Of a DNA stretch of 64,000 nucleotides, positions 50,138 to 61,388 are shown in pieces (position 1 is the stretch's first letter; every line of letters begins with the position of its first letter). The notes beneath the pieces are model-generated. The model had not been told where the DNA came from. It made no database searches and was given only the letters and a program-made list of their open reading frames with translations. Source of the stretch: an uncultured Actinomycetes bacterium (GTDB lineage Bacteria; Actinomycetota; Actinomycetes; Nanopelagicales; Nanopelagicaceae); the NCBI GenBank assembly GCA_937876245.1, contig CALEGP010000029.1, forward strand, positions 44,678 through 108,677, read 5' to 3'. Made by a program: the position numbers and the translations under genes.

Positions 50138-50138
50138 T

Positions 50139-50903
50139 TTAAAGGCGCGTTAAATTCCAGGCACGAACTCCGCCGACAATTCCAGCGGCATTTGGAACTA
50201 TTACAACGTCATCACCAATTAGCTCCAAAATATCTGGCCTAATTCTACGAGCATTTCCACCGCCTAAATAAAGGCGATCCCAATGAAATACCGGGCGTAA
50301 GTCTGTGACCATTGCACGAATTCGGCGTGACCAGAATGAATCCCCAAGTCGCCTACGTTCATGCTCGCCAATCCATTCATCATAAATAGTTGAGCGACGA
50401 ATTGGTGCATGCGAAAGTTCAATATGAGGGGCTAGTTTTCCGCCGTCAAAAACTGCGCAACCTAACCCAGTGCCCAGTGTCAGCACAACTTCAAATCCAG
50501 AACCAGCAACTACGCCCGCACCATGAACTTCAGCATCATTTAACATCAGCGTTGGAAGGTTGAAATTCTTTTCAATCAAACTTCTAAAATCTAGACCCTG
50601 CCATGCTGATAATAATTCTGGATCAACGCGAGTTCTTGGGCCTTTAACATTTATGTAGTGCGGAGTGTTCACCACAACACCGTGTCGCACCATTCCCGGA
50701 AAACCTACAGTTATGCGATCAGCCTTGGGAAGTTTTTCAGCGATCTCTTTAAATACATCTATCAGCCTGCTCGGAGTTAGTGGATAGGGCGTCGGTACTG
50801 CAACGGCGGGCGCATGCATTGTTCCATCTTCATCAAGAACAGATGCTTTGATGCTCAGACCGCCACAATCAATGCTGAGCGTCATCGTTGGGGAATTTGC
50901 CAT
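50139..50903 (-). CDS. ppgK: Polyphosphate/ATP glucokinase (ROK family)
   Basis: SIDCGGLSIK phosphate-1 motif, NDAEVHG, TLGTGLGCAV, GGGNARR. About 250 aa, as for actinobacterial PPGK. Confidence 0.75.
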   Translation of the reverse strand: MANSPTMTLSIDCGGLSIKASVLDEDGTMHAPAVAVPTPYPLTPSRLIDVFKEIAEKLPKADRITVGFPGMVRHGVVVNTPHYINVKGPRTRVDPELLSAWQGLDFRSLIEKNFNLPTLMLNDAEVHGAGVVAGSGFEVVLTLGTGLGCAVFDGGKLAPHIELSHAPIRRSTIYDEWIGEHERRRLGDSFWSRRIRAMVTDLRPVFHWDRLYLGGGNARRIRPDILELIGDDVVIVPNAAGIVGGVRAWNLTRL

Positions 50904-50924
50904 GCGCCTATTAAACCAATAAAT

Positions 50925-50957
50925 AAGGCCTCACACTAATGAAAGTTGTGAGGCCTT
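50925..50957 (-). terminator. Intrinsic terminator after groEL
   Basis: 11-bp perfect stem AAGGCCTCACA/TGTGAGGCCTT with an 11-nt loop, followed on the minus strand by ATTTATTGGTTT. Confidence 0.6.
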
Positions 50958-50973
50958 AAATTTCAAGCGTTAA

Positions 50974-52611
<1,638 letters not shown>

Positions 52612-52614
52612 CTA

Positions 52615-52911
52615 CTACTTCTTTTCAATAATTGCTAGTACATCGCGAGCTGAGAGGACAAGGTATTCCTCGTTGTTGTACTTAACTTCAGTTCCGCCAT
52701 ATTTACTATAAAGAACAACGTCGCCAACTTTGACATCCATTGGTGTGCGCACGCCATCATCAAAACGACCTGGGCCAACTGCAATTACTGTTCCTTCTTG
52801 TGGCTTTTCTTTTGCAGTATCTGGGATTACAAGTCCTGATGCTGTTGTTGTTTCGGCTTCATTTGCCTTTACAACTAGTCGATCTTCTAGTGGCTTGATG
52901 GTTACGGCCAT
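52615..52911 (-). CDS. groES: Co-chaperonin GroES
   Basis: 98 aa, [11 protein letters not shown]...[24 protein letters not shown] upstream. Confidence 0.95.
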   Translation of the reverse strand: MAVTIKPLEDRLVVKANEAETTTASGLVIPDTAKEKPQEGTVIAVGPGRFDDGVRTPMDVKVGDVVLYSKYGGTEVKYNNEEYLVLSARDVLAIIEKK

Positions 52912-52963
52912 GATTGCTCCTTCATTTCTTTTGATAATTAGTTGCGCTAAGGCAGCCCTGCAA

Positions 52964-52990
52964 TTAGCAGACTAACCCTGCGAGTGCTAA
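52964..52990 (-). promoter_or_regulatory. CIRCE element (HrcA operator)
   Basis: TTAGCAGAC-N9-GAGTGCTAA differs from the TTAGCACTC-N9-GAGTGCTAA consensus at two positions. Located in the groES leader. Confidence 0.8.
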
Positions 52991-52995
52991 CGCCA

Positions 52996-53024
52996 ACTCT
53001 AAAGCAGGTGGCTCTAGGCGTCAA
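52996..53024 (-). promoter_or_regulatory. Predicted groES-groEL promoter
   Basis: On the minus strand: TTGACG (53024..53019), 17-nt spacer, TAGAGT (53001..52996), a few nt upstream of CIRCE. Confidence 0.5.
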
Positions 53025-53037
53025 AAGAGGGCAATTA

Positions 53038-54075
53038 TCAGAAAATAGCTCTCGCAACCCCAGAGGCCGAATCGGCCGTTAATCCAATTTCTGAGGGCGC
53101 TAACCCATTTGTAAGGGCAAGAGAGCCTAGAGCGGCAACCATGGCTCCATTGTCGGTGCACAGGTTCATGGGAGGAATACGAAGGCGAATTCCAGCTTTC
53201 TCACAGCGCTCTTCGGCCGACTCCCTGAGCCTGCTATTAGCTGCCACCCCGCCTGCAATTATCAGAACCTCGATTCCCACCTCCTTGGCTGCACCTATCG
53301 CCTTAGTCAGAAGGACATCAACCACCGCCTCTTGGAAAGAGGCTGAGATATCAGCGCGAATATATCCAGGAGTTTTTGCCAAATATCTGGAGACTGCGGT
53401 TTTCAGACCTGAAAACGAAAAATCATATCTGTGGTCAATTAAATCTTTTGCCAAAGTTAAGCCTCTAGGAAAATCAACGGCTTCTCGGTTCCCAGATCTG
53501 GCATCTAAATCAATTGCTGGACCGCCTGGAAAACCAAGCTCCAAAATTCTGGCAATTTTGTCAAATGCTTCACCTGCGGCATCATCGATTGTAGAGCCAA
53601 GAGTTATGACATCACTTGTTAATTCATTTACTTGCAAGATCGAACTGTGGCCACCGCTTACCAGCAAGGCAATAGCTGGATCCAATTTGTGATCAGAATC
53701 TAGCGAATCAACTGCAATGTGCGCAGACAAATGATTGACACCATAGAGCGGTTTATCCAAACCAAGTGCCAGACCTGCAGCGCTCGATGTTCCGACTAAC
53801 AGTGCGCCGATTAAGCCAGGGCCCGCAGTTACTGCGAAAGCATCAATGTCGTTAATAGAGACTTTAGCCTCACTAAGCGCAGCGCGAATAACTCCTTGCA
53901 TTGCCTCAAGATGCGCTCTGCTTGCAATCTCTGGAACAACTCCACCAAATTTGGCATGCTCTTCGACGCTAGAAGAGATCACATTCGCAAGCAACTTTCG
54001 GCCAGCAACTATTCCAACTGCGGTTTCATCACAAGAAGTTTCAATTCCAAGTACTAGCGGGATCGAGGTAATCAC
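53038..54075 (-). CDS. tsaD: tRNA N6-adenosine threonylcarbamoyltransferase
   Basis: [14 protein letters not shown]-terminus, HLEAM/HxxxH-type metal site, GGVAAN. Confidence 0.95.
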   Translation of the reverse strand: MITSIPLVLGIETSCDETAVGIVAGRKLLANVISSSVEEHAKFGGVVPEIASRAHLEAMQGVIRAALSEAKVSINDIDAFAVTAGPGLIGALLVGTSSAAGLALGLDKPLYGVNHLSAHIAVDSLDSDHKLDPAIALLVSGGHSSILQVNELTSDVITLGSTIDDAAGEAFDKIARILELGFPGGPAIDLDARSGNREAVDFPRGLTLAKDLIDHRYDFSFSGLKTAVSRYLAKTPGYIRADISASFQEAVVDVLLTKAIGAAKEVGIEVLIIAGGVAANSRLRESAEERCEKAGIRLRIPPMNLCTDNGAMVAALGSLALTNGLAPSEIGLTADSASGVARAIF

Positions 54076-55067
54076 TAAAAATCCTTGCGCATAACAATTG
54101 CCGTCTTACCGGGTCCGTAATAGTCCCTGCGTCGAGATATTTCGATAAAACCAAAGGAGGTGTATAGCGGGATCGCTTCTTCGTTACCTACTCGAACTTC
54201 AAGCATTATCGCTTTACATTTTTGGCTTCGGGCCCAGTCAATTAACCTTCGAAGCAATTCTCGACCAATCCCTTTACGTCGATGACCATCGGCGACCGTC
54301 AAAGTTAGAACATCAGCGATACCGCCTAAATTAGTGACTCCGGCATATGCGATTAATTTGCCGCCTGATTCACCGGCAATATATCCACGATTTTTCCCGT
54401 GGTATTCCTCTTTGAGCTGTTCCATGCTCCAGCCTTCACTTCCATAAACGCTCTTCTCAATTGCGAAAGCTGGGACTAGATCTAGTTGTCCCATGGCTCT
54501 AAATTTAACTCCGATCGGAGCTGGAAATGCATCGGGGCGCCTAATATAAATTGGGGCTAGATATTTCTGACCCTCCTTGGCAATTTCCGCAAAATTAGCG
54601 GGGCTCGGAAATTCATTGGATTCTTCGCCATGAATTGGAATATCGAGAGGGATCAGCTGAGATGGCTGACAGACGCTAGGTTCACCAACTCTTTTCCTAT
54701 CTGTGTATCTTGCATAGAAAACCTCTTTTCGTCTAGCGTCGACTGCCACTAAAAAATCATTCCCTGAAATTTGTAATGCGATGGAATCTAGACTGCAAAT
54801 ACCAACCCATTTAATACCTCGAGCAAAAGCAAAACTTTGGGCAAATGAAATTCCAACTCTAAGTCCGGTAAATGGCCCCGGGCCCATCCCAACAATTACT
54901 TCATCGATTATATTTTCAGCTCTTAGGGCTTTAGAAACTAACTGCGGCAAGATTTCACCATGCGAAAGGGCGCCATCATGATGAGCTTGGAATATTACGG
55001 TCCTCTCTTTTATGATTGCAACACTGGTTCGCGAAGTTGAGGTATCAATCGCAAGAAAAGTGTTCAT
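54075..55067 (-). CDS. Fused TsaB (t6A protein) / RimI (ribosomal-protein-alanine N-acetyltransferase)
   Basis: The N-terminal ~190 aa start like TsaB ([14 protein letters not shown]... [11 protein letters not shown]). The C-terminal ~140 aa is a GNAT domain ([17 protein letters not shown]... PLYTSFGF). One continuous ORF. Confidence 0.8.
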   Translation of the reverse strand: MNTFLAIDTSTSRTSVAIIKERTVIFQAHHDGALSHGEILPQLVSKALRAENIIDEVIVGMGPGPFTGLRVGISFAQSFAFARGIKWVGICSLDSIALQISGNDFLVAVDARRKEVFYARYTDRKRVGEPSVCQPSQLIPLDIPIHGEESNEFPSPANFAEIAKEGQKYLAPIYIRRPDAFPAPIGVKFRAMGQLDLVPAFAIEKSVYGSEGWSMEQLKEEYHGKNRGYIAGESGGKLIAYAGVTNLGGIADVLTLTVADGHRRKGIGRELLRRLIDWARSQKCKAIMLEVRVGNEEAIPLYTSFGFIEISRRRDYYGPGKTAIVMRKDF

Positions 55068-55504
55068 GCCTTAAATCCTTCGAAGCGATTGCCATGGGGA
55101 ATTATAGAAATTTCTCTAGTGTCATCCTCTTCACCAAATTCGATTCTAATCTCTAAGAATTCCTCTGCCAGGCGACCAACTAATCCATCGCCCCACTCGA
55201 CAATAGTCACGCTATTTTCCAAGTAACTTTCCAAATCTAGGTCATCAAAAATTGCAGCAGGCTCGCCTTGCAAACGATAAGCATCTACGTGAACTAAGCG
55301 CGGGTTGCCTTCGTGAATTCGCGAAATAACAAAGGTGGGTGAGGTTATATTTTCAATACCGAGTGCCGCGCCAATACCTTGGGTCAGTGCCGTTTTTCCG
55401 GCGCCTAATGGGCCAGAGAGTTGGAGCAAATCCCCGGCACGAAGCTGGCTTCCAATTTCTTTGCCAAAGTTCTTCATGGCGGTGACGCTCTTAACTTTGA
55501 TCAC
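55064..55504 (-). CDS. tsaE: tRNA t6A biosynthesis ATPase TsaE
   Basis: 146 aa with P-loop GPLGAGKT and the SPTF...H.D.YR pattern. Confidence 0.9.
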   Translation of the reverse strand: MIKVKSVTAMKNFGKEIGSQLRAGDLLQLSGPLGAGKTALTQGIGAALGIENITSPTFVISRIHEGNPRLVHVDAYRLQGEPAAIFDDLDLESYLENSVTIVEWGDGLVGRLAEEFLEIRIEFGEEDDTREISIIPHGNRFEGFKA

Positions 55505-55532
55505 TAGAGAAGATTACCCGTCAAAAATGCAG

Positions 55533-55564
55533 AAAAAAGCGGGCCCAACTATTGCTGGGCCCGC
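55533..55564 (-). terminator. Intrinsic terminator after the secreted hydrolase-like gene
   Basis: Minus strand: GCGGGCCCA-N8-TGGGCCCGC followed by TTTTTT. Lies between the 55586 stop and the tsaE start. Confidence 0.7.
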
Positions 55565-55585
55565 CTTTAACTACCTCTTTAGGAG

Positions 55586-57232
55586 TTAGTTCTCATATTT
55601 GAGTTCAGTAGCCTGGTAATCCAGATCCGTATTTAGATAAGGAGTTCGCTCTAAATATGAACTGAGCACCGTACGGCTTGGAACTCTTCCAGTCTTGGCT
55701 GATGAGGCGAGCAAACGCACCCATGTCATCAACTGCTCCTTAGTGAAGGATTCGTGTCCGACGCCAGAAGGGGACCTGTCTGCAGCTAAGTTAGGAGCAC
55801 CGGTTGCAGTGAACTTCGTGTAGGTCTCCGGTGTCATTGCATACATCGCTACGGTATTCCAAACTGGCTTGCTCTTTAAAAGAGCAGAGACATTTTTTGC
55901 AGTAGTTGCAGCCTTGTACTGTTTTTTCCAAGCTGCAAGTCGAGATTCATAAATTGCCATAGCTTTATTTACATAAAGCGTGGTGTTTCCTGGCAACACC
56001 AGACGGTCTGCCTCATTTGAGAGCAGAATTACTGGCTTAGCTGTATCGAATTTCGACATATCCAGTGCTTCAACTTTGGCCATTGCAGTTGCATCGCCTG
56101 TAACTCTTGGATATACAGCAAGGACGCCAAGCATTGCATTGATTGCATCATCGCCAGAGAGACCAAGGTTAAAGCGACCTAGATCTGCATCCGAAAGTAG
56201 AGAAGCAAAGTCAGTCTTTGTGTTGTCATAGAACCCAGCGCCCACAACTTCAGAGACAGCTTGACCACCGAAATAGCCAGTTCCTAGAAGCTCAGCTGTG
56301 TTTTCAAGAACAGCAACTGTTCCATTGATACTCTGTTCAGGTATTACCGCGCTAGTTGAGATTCCATCCATATGCGCCGACTTAGTTGGAATTCCCGCAA
56401 TTAATCCTGCAAGCAAGAACGCCGAACGTTGTGGGATACCAGAACCAACGAGTGGAGCTGGATACGCAAGTGGCTTTGAACCAAGATCAGCTGACCACTG
56501 AGTAAGTAGTGCTGCAACTTTTGCAAAGTCGCCCAGAACTGCCATATGTCCTGCAACGCCCTTGGTCCCCATCACTGTGCAGCCCTTGATAGTTGGATCA
56601 AAGAAGACACCGTATATATAAAGCATGTCGCAAGCAGATTTTAATTCGTTATTAATTGTTGGCGTTACACCAGCAAGAATTCCGACTGCATCGGCCTGAT
56701 TTGGATACTTCTCAATGAAAGGCGTTAGTACTGCCCCAGCCATAGAAGAGCCGTACACGACGGTCTTTTTAATTGAAATGCGTGCCTTAGTAATTGTCAC
56801 TAGTTCGTTTAGCATCTCGACGCAATCGGCGGTATTCCAGCCATGTAGACCACTTGTCTGGCAATCAAATGCACCGATGCCATATCCCTTAACAAGCATT
56901 GCCTCGGATGTATCAACCGCTCCAGCAGGTGCCATTTGTTGAACGCCCTTAGGTACTACATAGCCTGGATAAGGATATGAAGGGCGGATTCCGTGTTGCC
57001 AGAAGAAGAAAGTTCCATCGAAATTTTCCGGAACCATTGTCTTGTAGGCAGCGCCAGTAGTTAGTACACCGTTGCAAGTTGTCGTGCCAGATTTTGCATC
57101 CGTAACACATACCGGGTCTGCAGCTTGTGCCGGTGCGGCTACTGCCACAACTAGACCTGTTGAGATTAGAGCTGCTGCTCCGACTGTTGCAACTAGTTTT
57201 TTGAATTTATTGATTTTCATTTTTATCCTCAC
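55586..57232 (-). CDS. Secreted protein of unknown function, alpha/beta-hydrolase-like
   Basis: Sec signal ending AQA-AD. WQHG (oxyanion-type HG, residues 80-81) lies about 80 aa before GSSMA (GxSxG-like, S163). Later NEADR and GVGHES supply candidate Asp/His. Multiple Cys residues. 4-nt overlap with the upstream SBP gene. Confidence 0.5.
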   Translation of the reverse strand: MRIKMKINKFKKLVATVGAAALISTGLVVAVAAPAQAADPVCVTDAKSGTTTCNGVLTTGAAYKTMVPENFDGTFFFWQHGIRPSYPYPGYVVPKGVQQMAPAGAVDTSEAMLVKGYGIGAFDCQTSGLHGWNTADCVEMLNELVTITKARISIKKTVVYGSSMAGAVLTPFIEKYPNQADAVGILAGVTPTINNELKSACDMLYIYGVFFDPTIKGCTVMGTKGVAGHMAVLGDFAKVAALLTQWSADLGSKPLAYPAPLVGSGIPQRSAFLLAGLIAGIPTKSAHMDGISTSAVIPEQSINGTVAVLENTAELLGTGYFGGQAVSEVVGAGFYDNTKTDFASLLSDADLGRFNLGLSGDDAINAMLGVLAVYPRVTGDATAMAKVEALDMSKFDTAKPVILLSNEADRLVLPGNTTLYVNKAMAIYESRLAAWKKQYKAATTAKNVSALLKSKPVWNTVAMYAMTPETYTKFTATGAPNLAADRSPSGVGHESFTKEQLMTWVRLLASSAKTGRVPSRTVLSSYLERTPYLNTDLDYQATELKYEN

Positions 57233-58572
57233 GCAACCTTTGGAAGTGCATCAGCAGAAATTGCTGGGCGCTTGTAGTTGGAAACAGTTACTGCGCCACC
57301 TGCAGAATCGGTTGTGTAAACAACGCGCTTTCCGTCTATAGGTACGAGTAATGTAGAAGCGTCATATTCACCGAGCCAAAAACCGGTGAAGGCCTCATGT
57401 GAATTCTTTGAATAACCAAGTGGTGCAAAAGCTGCACTACTTAATTTTGAGCCATTTTTTTCGAGGTAAGAAATCAACTTCTTGCGTGTTAGCTTCTTTC
57501 CAACTCCCATTAGAGCCGAAGTTGCCAAGTAGGCAGCATTCATTCCCTGAAGAACGTTGTTGTCCCAGCGAGTATCTGCGCCTTTGTTGAAGTCATCGTT
57601 AATCTTCTTAAATGCTGCAATATACTCATCGTCGAGCTCACCAGGAGCTGGCGCATGTGAAGCCGAAATCGTTCCGGCAAGCATTGCTGCACTTGTCGCA
57701 GCCGGTACACCCTTTGATCCAAGAATAGTTTGGAAGGTTGTTGCATCGGCGCCAACACTTATGACAGCCCACTTAGTTGGCTTATAGCCAAGTTGCGCAG
57801 CTGTTGCATAAGCAACGGCAGTGGCAGATGAAACTGCCGCGATAATTACAATGTCAACGCCATTAGCTTTTAACTGACCGATTTGAGAGGCAAGCCCAAG
57901 TGAACCTTGGGTACCAGCTATAAAAGATGCAGATGTCTTTCGCGCCTCAAACTTAAGTCCCGCAGTTGCAAGTCCAGCAAGGGCATTGCGGCCGAAGTCA
58001 TCAGATTGATAGAGAACGCCGATTGTCTTATCTGGATACTTCTCGAGAAGATACTTACCAAGAATTTTTGCTTCTACTGTGTAAGTTCCAAGTCCGGCAA
58101 ATGTTGTTGGGTACTTCTTTGGATCTGTGTAGAAGGAGCTGTAACCGCTATTCACGAAAATATCGGGAATTTTGCGACGGTTAATATCTTTGATTACCGA
58201 AACGTGAGTTTGGGTACCGATAGAACCAAAGAAGGCAAAAATCTTGTCCTGATTAATTAACTTGGAGGCAGTGCTGATAGTTAGTCCTGCTTTATATGTA
58301 TCATCTTTAACCACAAGCTTTATATTGCGGCCATAAACGCCACCCTTCGAATTCACATAATCGAAATAGGCACGTGCTGCATCATCCACCTTGTTATAGC
58401 CAGGACTTGCTGGCCCAGTCTCGGGCAATTGCATGCCTAGAACGATTTCCGAAGCTGATACTCCTGGGGCGCCTGCTACTGCCGTTGAAACACTACTTAT
58501 TGCTAGCGATCCCACCAGCGCCGAAGCGACTACGGTAAGAATCAGAGGTTTGCGAAGATTCACTGCATTCAC
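57229..58572 (-). CDS. ABC transporter substrate-binding protein (type I PBP, Leu/Ile/Val-binding family)
   Basis: 447 aa, signal peptide, Peripla_BP_6-like pattern (IVLGMQLPETGPAS... GVYGRNIKLVVKDD). GTG start. Confidence 0.85.
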   Translation of the reverse strand: MNAVNLRKPLILTVVASALVGSLAISSVSTAVAGAPGVSASEIVLGMQLPETGPASPGYNKVDDAARAYFDYVNSKGGVYGRNIKLVVKDDTYKAGLTISTASKLINQDKIFAFFGSIGTQTHVSVIKDINRRKIPDIFVNSGYSSFYTDPKKYPTTFAGLGTYTVEAKILGKYLLEKYPDKTIGVLYQSDDFGRNALAGLATAGLKFEARKTSASFIAGTQGSLGLASQIGQLKANGVDIVIIAAVSSATAVAYATAAQLGYKPTKWAVISVGADATTFQTILGSKGVPAATSAAMLAGTISASHAPAPGELDDEYIAAFKKINDDFNKGADTRWDNNVLQGMNAAYLATSALMGVGKKLTRKKLISYLEKNGSKLSSAAFAPLGYSKNSHEAFTGFWLGEYDASTLLVPIDGKRVVYTTDSAGGAVTVSNYKRPAISADALPKVA

Positions 58573-58732
58573 TCTTTCTATTGCATTCTCGCCATGGAAG
58601 AAAGGTTTCAGACCCCATGGGGACCAGACAGATGCGCCTGGATCTCCTCAGAGGTTATCCGACCTTCTCTCCTGAGTGAATAGTTCGGCTCACAAAAATG
58701 ATAACAATTCTGAAACTTTCCAAAATTAGGCC

Positions 58733-59770
58733 CTAATGGCCGCCTGATTTACTTATTGTCTTCTTAATCCGGTGGTGAATACGCTCATTTAGCCCGGCAG
58801 CGCCGCTTGGGTTAAGGATTACGGTCAATAACAGCAGCGTTCCTATCGCCAATCCGGGAAGATAGTTTGCAATGGCGCCAGGAACCTCAAAGGTGGAGGT
58901 AATTCGCTCAATCAAATCTGGAAGAAATACTACTGTGAAGGTACCAAATATTGCTCCGCCAATTGATCGAAGACCTCCGATCACGGCTGCTGTCAGAAGA
59001 GTCAGCGATAAATCGGTTGGATAAACACTTGGCCCAACCAGGCCCCGGAACCCATAAAGCGCACCCGCTAAACCGGCAAGGCCAGATGCACAGACAAATA
59101 CAATAACTTTAGTTCTTCCAATGTTGATTCCAGCTAGCGCCGCCGATACCTCATTGTCACGAACTGCTCGCCAAGTTCTGCCGGCCCTAGTGTTTGAAAG
59201 ATTCAATACAGCAAATAAAGCTAGCGCCGTAAAAGGCAGTACAACATACAAAGACCACTCTTCAATACTTATTTTCCCAACAAATGATGTTAGCCATCTT
59301 GGCGGATTTCCATAATCAACATTGATACCGACATCCCCGCCAAAAAATGGCTCGAAGCGAACTGCGATTGATGGAATAGCTAGCGCCATAACTAACGTTG
59401 TTCCTGCTAGATAGGGCCCGCTTAACCTCGCTGCTGCAAGTCCAAGAAATAATCCAAATAGCGCAGAAACAAAAATTGCCAGAATAAATGAAAGCCACAT
59501 TGAGTATCCGAGTCGAGTTACCAAGAGCGCAGAGGCGTACCCACCGACAGCCATTATCGCGCCCTGGCCAAGTGAGATTTGACCTGAAGCGCCAGTCAAT
59601 AATGTAATAGAAAGAACTGCGATCAATAGCGTTGCTATATTTGCCAATTGGGCTTGGTTATAAGGATCAAATTGCTTACTTAACGCAATAAAAAATAAAA
59701 ATAACAAAATAGCTAGCAACGTGCTCCGGCGGCCAATCACCTTATGTTTCAAGCTAATAGATTTAGACAC
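58733..59770 (-). CDS. livM: Branched-chain amino acid-type ABC transporter permease (LivM-like)
   Basis: Polytopic, SGQISLGQGA motif. Start reassigned to GTG 59770 (VSKSISLKHK...), giving an 8-nt overlap with the livH stop. The longer track start would lie deep inside livH. Confidence 0.8.
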   Translation of the reverse strand: MSKSISLKHKVIGRRSTLLAILLFLFFIALSKQFDPYNQAQLANIATLLIAVLSITLLTGASGQISLGQGAIMAVGGYASALLVTRLGYSMWLSFILAIFVSALFGLFLGLAAARLSGPYLAGTTLVMALAIPSIAVRFEPFFGGDVGINVDYGNPPRWLTSFVGKISIEEWSLYVVLPFTALALFAVLNLSNTRAGRTWRAVRDNEVSAALAGINIGRTKVIVFVCASGLAGLAGALYGFRGLVGPSVYPTDLSLTLLTAAVIGGLRSIGGAIFGTFTVVFLPDLIERITSTFEVPGAIANYLPGLAIGTLLLLTVILNPSGAAGLNERIHHRIKKTISKSGGH

Positions 59771-60674
59771 GTCGCACCTCTTTGCTTCCCAGAATCCCTT
59801 GTGGTCGCAGGAACAAGGCAAGAAGTAGAAAAATAAGAATTGCAATAAAGACATTTTCTGGTGCACTGTAAACACTTACAAAGGAAATTACATAGCCCAA
59901 AATAAATCCGCCTAGAACCGAGCCTGCCAGGCTGGTAAGTCCCCCAACTACAGCTGCTGTAAATCCAATAATTAAAAGTAAGTCCAAAGTATTTGGTGAA
60001 AGATTGGTCCTTGGCGTAACTAACAGGCCGGCAAGTGACGAGACAGTCCCAGAAATAGCCCACCCTAGAGTCCTGACTGAACCAACTTTGATCCCGCTCA
60101 ATCGAGTAACTTCGGGATTTAGCGCGCTTGCTCTCATCGCTAGCCCCACACCAGTCCTCGTAAAAAAGATTGTTGTTAAGCCGAGAGCTAGGAAAACAAC
60201 TCCTATTACAAACAGGTCAAAACCAGTGATCGCTAGATTGGTTGAACCAATCTTTATCGCAGTCGGCTCAATTGGCGAAGGGAAGCCACGTTCTTCTCCT
60301 GCCCAAAAAATGCCAGCAAGAGATTTTAGAATTCCAAGAATTCCAAGAGATGCGATTACCGGAATCGCCGTGCGCATAGATTCGCTGTTGAGCGACTTTA
60401 AATTCTTTCGTGAGGTAAGCGGGCGCATTAAACCAAGATCAACAAGCGCGCCCAAAACTGCGCCGCTAAAAAGGGCGACAACGAATGCGCTCCAATATGA
60501 ATAGTCGTGTTGAATTAATTGTGAGGCGATGTACGTCGTAAACATGGCCTGGCCCATTTGGGCGAAATTCACTACGCCAGCTCCCCGCCAAACCAATACT
60601 AACCCGAGAGACACGAGAGCATAAATTGCTCCTTGCGCTGTGCCAGAAAAGAACGCTGTTAAAAATGAAGTCAT
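59763..60674 (-). CDS. livH: Branched-chain amino acid-type ABC transporter permease (LivH-like)
   Basis: 303 aa. GAIYALVSLGLVLVW... NFAQG-like (NFAQMGQAMF) motif. Confidence 0.85.
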   Translation of the reverse strand: MTSFLTAFFSGTAQGAIYALVSLGLVLVWRGAGVVNFAQMGQAMFTTYIASQLIQHDYSYWSAFVVALFSGAVLGALVDLGLMRPLTSRKNLKSLNSESMRTAIPVIASLGILGILKSLAGIFWAGEERGFPSPIEPTAIKIGSTNLAITGFDLFVIGVVFLALGLTTIFFTRTGVGLAMRASALNPEVTRLSGIKVGSVRTLGWAISGTVSSLAGLLVTPRTNLSPNTLDLLLIIGFTAAVVGGLTSLAGSVLGGFILGYVISFVSVYSAPENVFIAILIFLLLALFLRPQGILGSKEVRRV

Positions 60675-61388
60675 CTAGTACCCCAAGTAAGCAGCTCGTA
60701 GCGAAGAATCGGCAATTAATTCATCTGCTGGCAGGTTTGCAACCACTTTTCCCAAAGAAAGCAATATTCCGTGGTCAGCCACGGCAAGGGCGGTGTTCGC
60801 ATTTTGTTCTACTAATAGGACTGTTAATCCAGTCGATCTACATAATTCATTTATTATGTTAATAATCTGAGCAGCAATCAATGGCGCTAACCCGAGTGAG
60901 GGTTCATCTAAAAGTAAAAGTTTTGGCCGTGAAACCAGAGCTCTGCTAATTGCCAGCATCTGTCTCTCACCGCCAGAGAGTGATCCTGCCTGTTGGTCGC
61001 GTCGTTCAAAAAGAATTGGAAATAGTTCGAAAACTTCCCTCTTGGCTCTAACTAAATCCCCTTTATGGCTTCTTTTTCGAAATAAGCCACCGAGTTCAAT
61101 ATTCTCAGCCACGCTGAGTTGCGAGATTACGGCGTGACCTTCTGGAACTTGAGCGATTCCCCCTCGAACAATTGCTTCAACGCTCTTACCTGTTAACTCA
61201 TGGTCAAACCATTTAACAGAACCACTTGTTGGTTTTTCCAGTCCAGAGATAGTTCGCAGGAGGGTGCTTTTTCCTGCGCCGTTAGCGCCGATAACTGTTG
61301 TTATTAATCCAGCCTTTGCCTTAAAAGTGATCCCATCCAGCGCTTTTACTGAGGAGAATTCAGTTACCAGGTCAGTTACTACCAACAT
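60675..61388 (-). CDS. livF: ABC transporter ATP-binding protein (LivF-like)
   Basis: Walker A GANGAGKST, signature LSGGERQM, Walker B LLLDEPS. Confidence 0.9.
   Translation of the reverse strand: MLVVTDLVTEFSSVKALDGITFKAKAGLITTVIGANGAGKSTLLRTISGLEKPTSGSVKWFDHELTGKSVEAIVRGGIAQVPEGHAVISQLSVAENIELGGLFRKRSHKGDLVRAKREVFELFPILFERRDQQAGSLSGGERQMLAISRALVSRPKLLLLDEPSLGLAPLIAAQIINIINELCRSTGLTVLLVEQNANTALAVADHGILLSLGKVVANLPADELIADSSLRAAYLGY

Noticed and set aside
58613-58622. CCCCATGGGG palindrome and duplicated CCATGG in the livM-SBP spacer
   Set aside because: It is only a 10-nt palindrome whose flanks do not extend the symmetry. As RNA it cannot form a stable hairpin because the loop would be too small. 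It may contribute to the spacer structure but is not a feature on its own.
58640-58680. Glycine-riboswitch-like GGAGAG element in the liv spacer
   Set aside because: Only the generic GGAGAG purine run matches. The conserved ACCGAAGGGGCAA-type core I associate with glycine riboswitches is absent, so no class is assigned.
59771-59875. Longer start for the livM-like permease (MFTVHQKMSLLQFLFF...)
   Set aside because: It would overlap livH by more than 100 nt and has an odd Cys/Phe-rich composition. GTG 59770 gives the typical short overlap.
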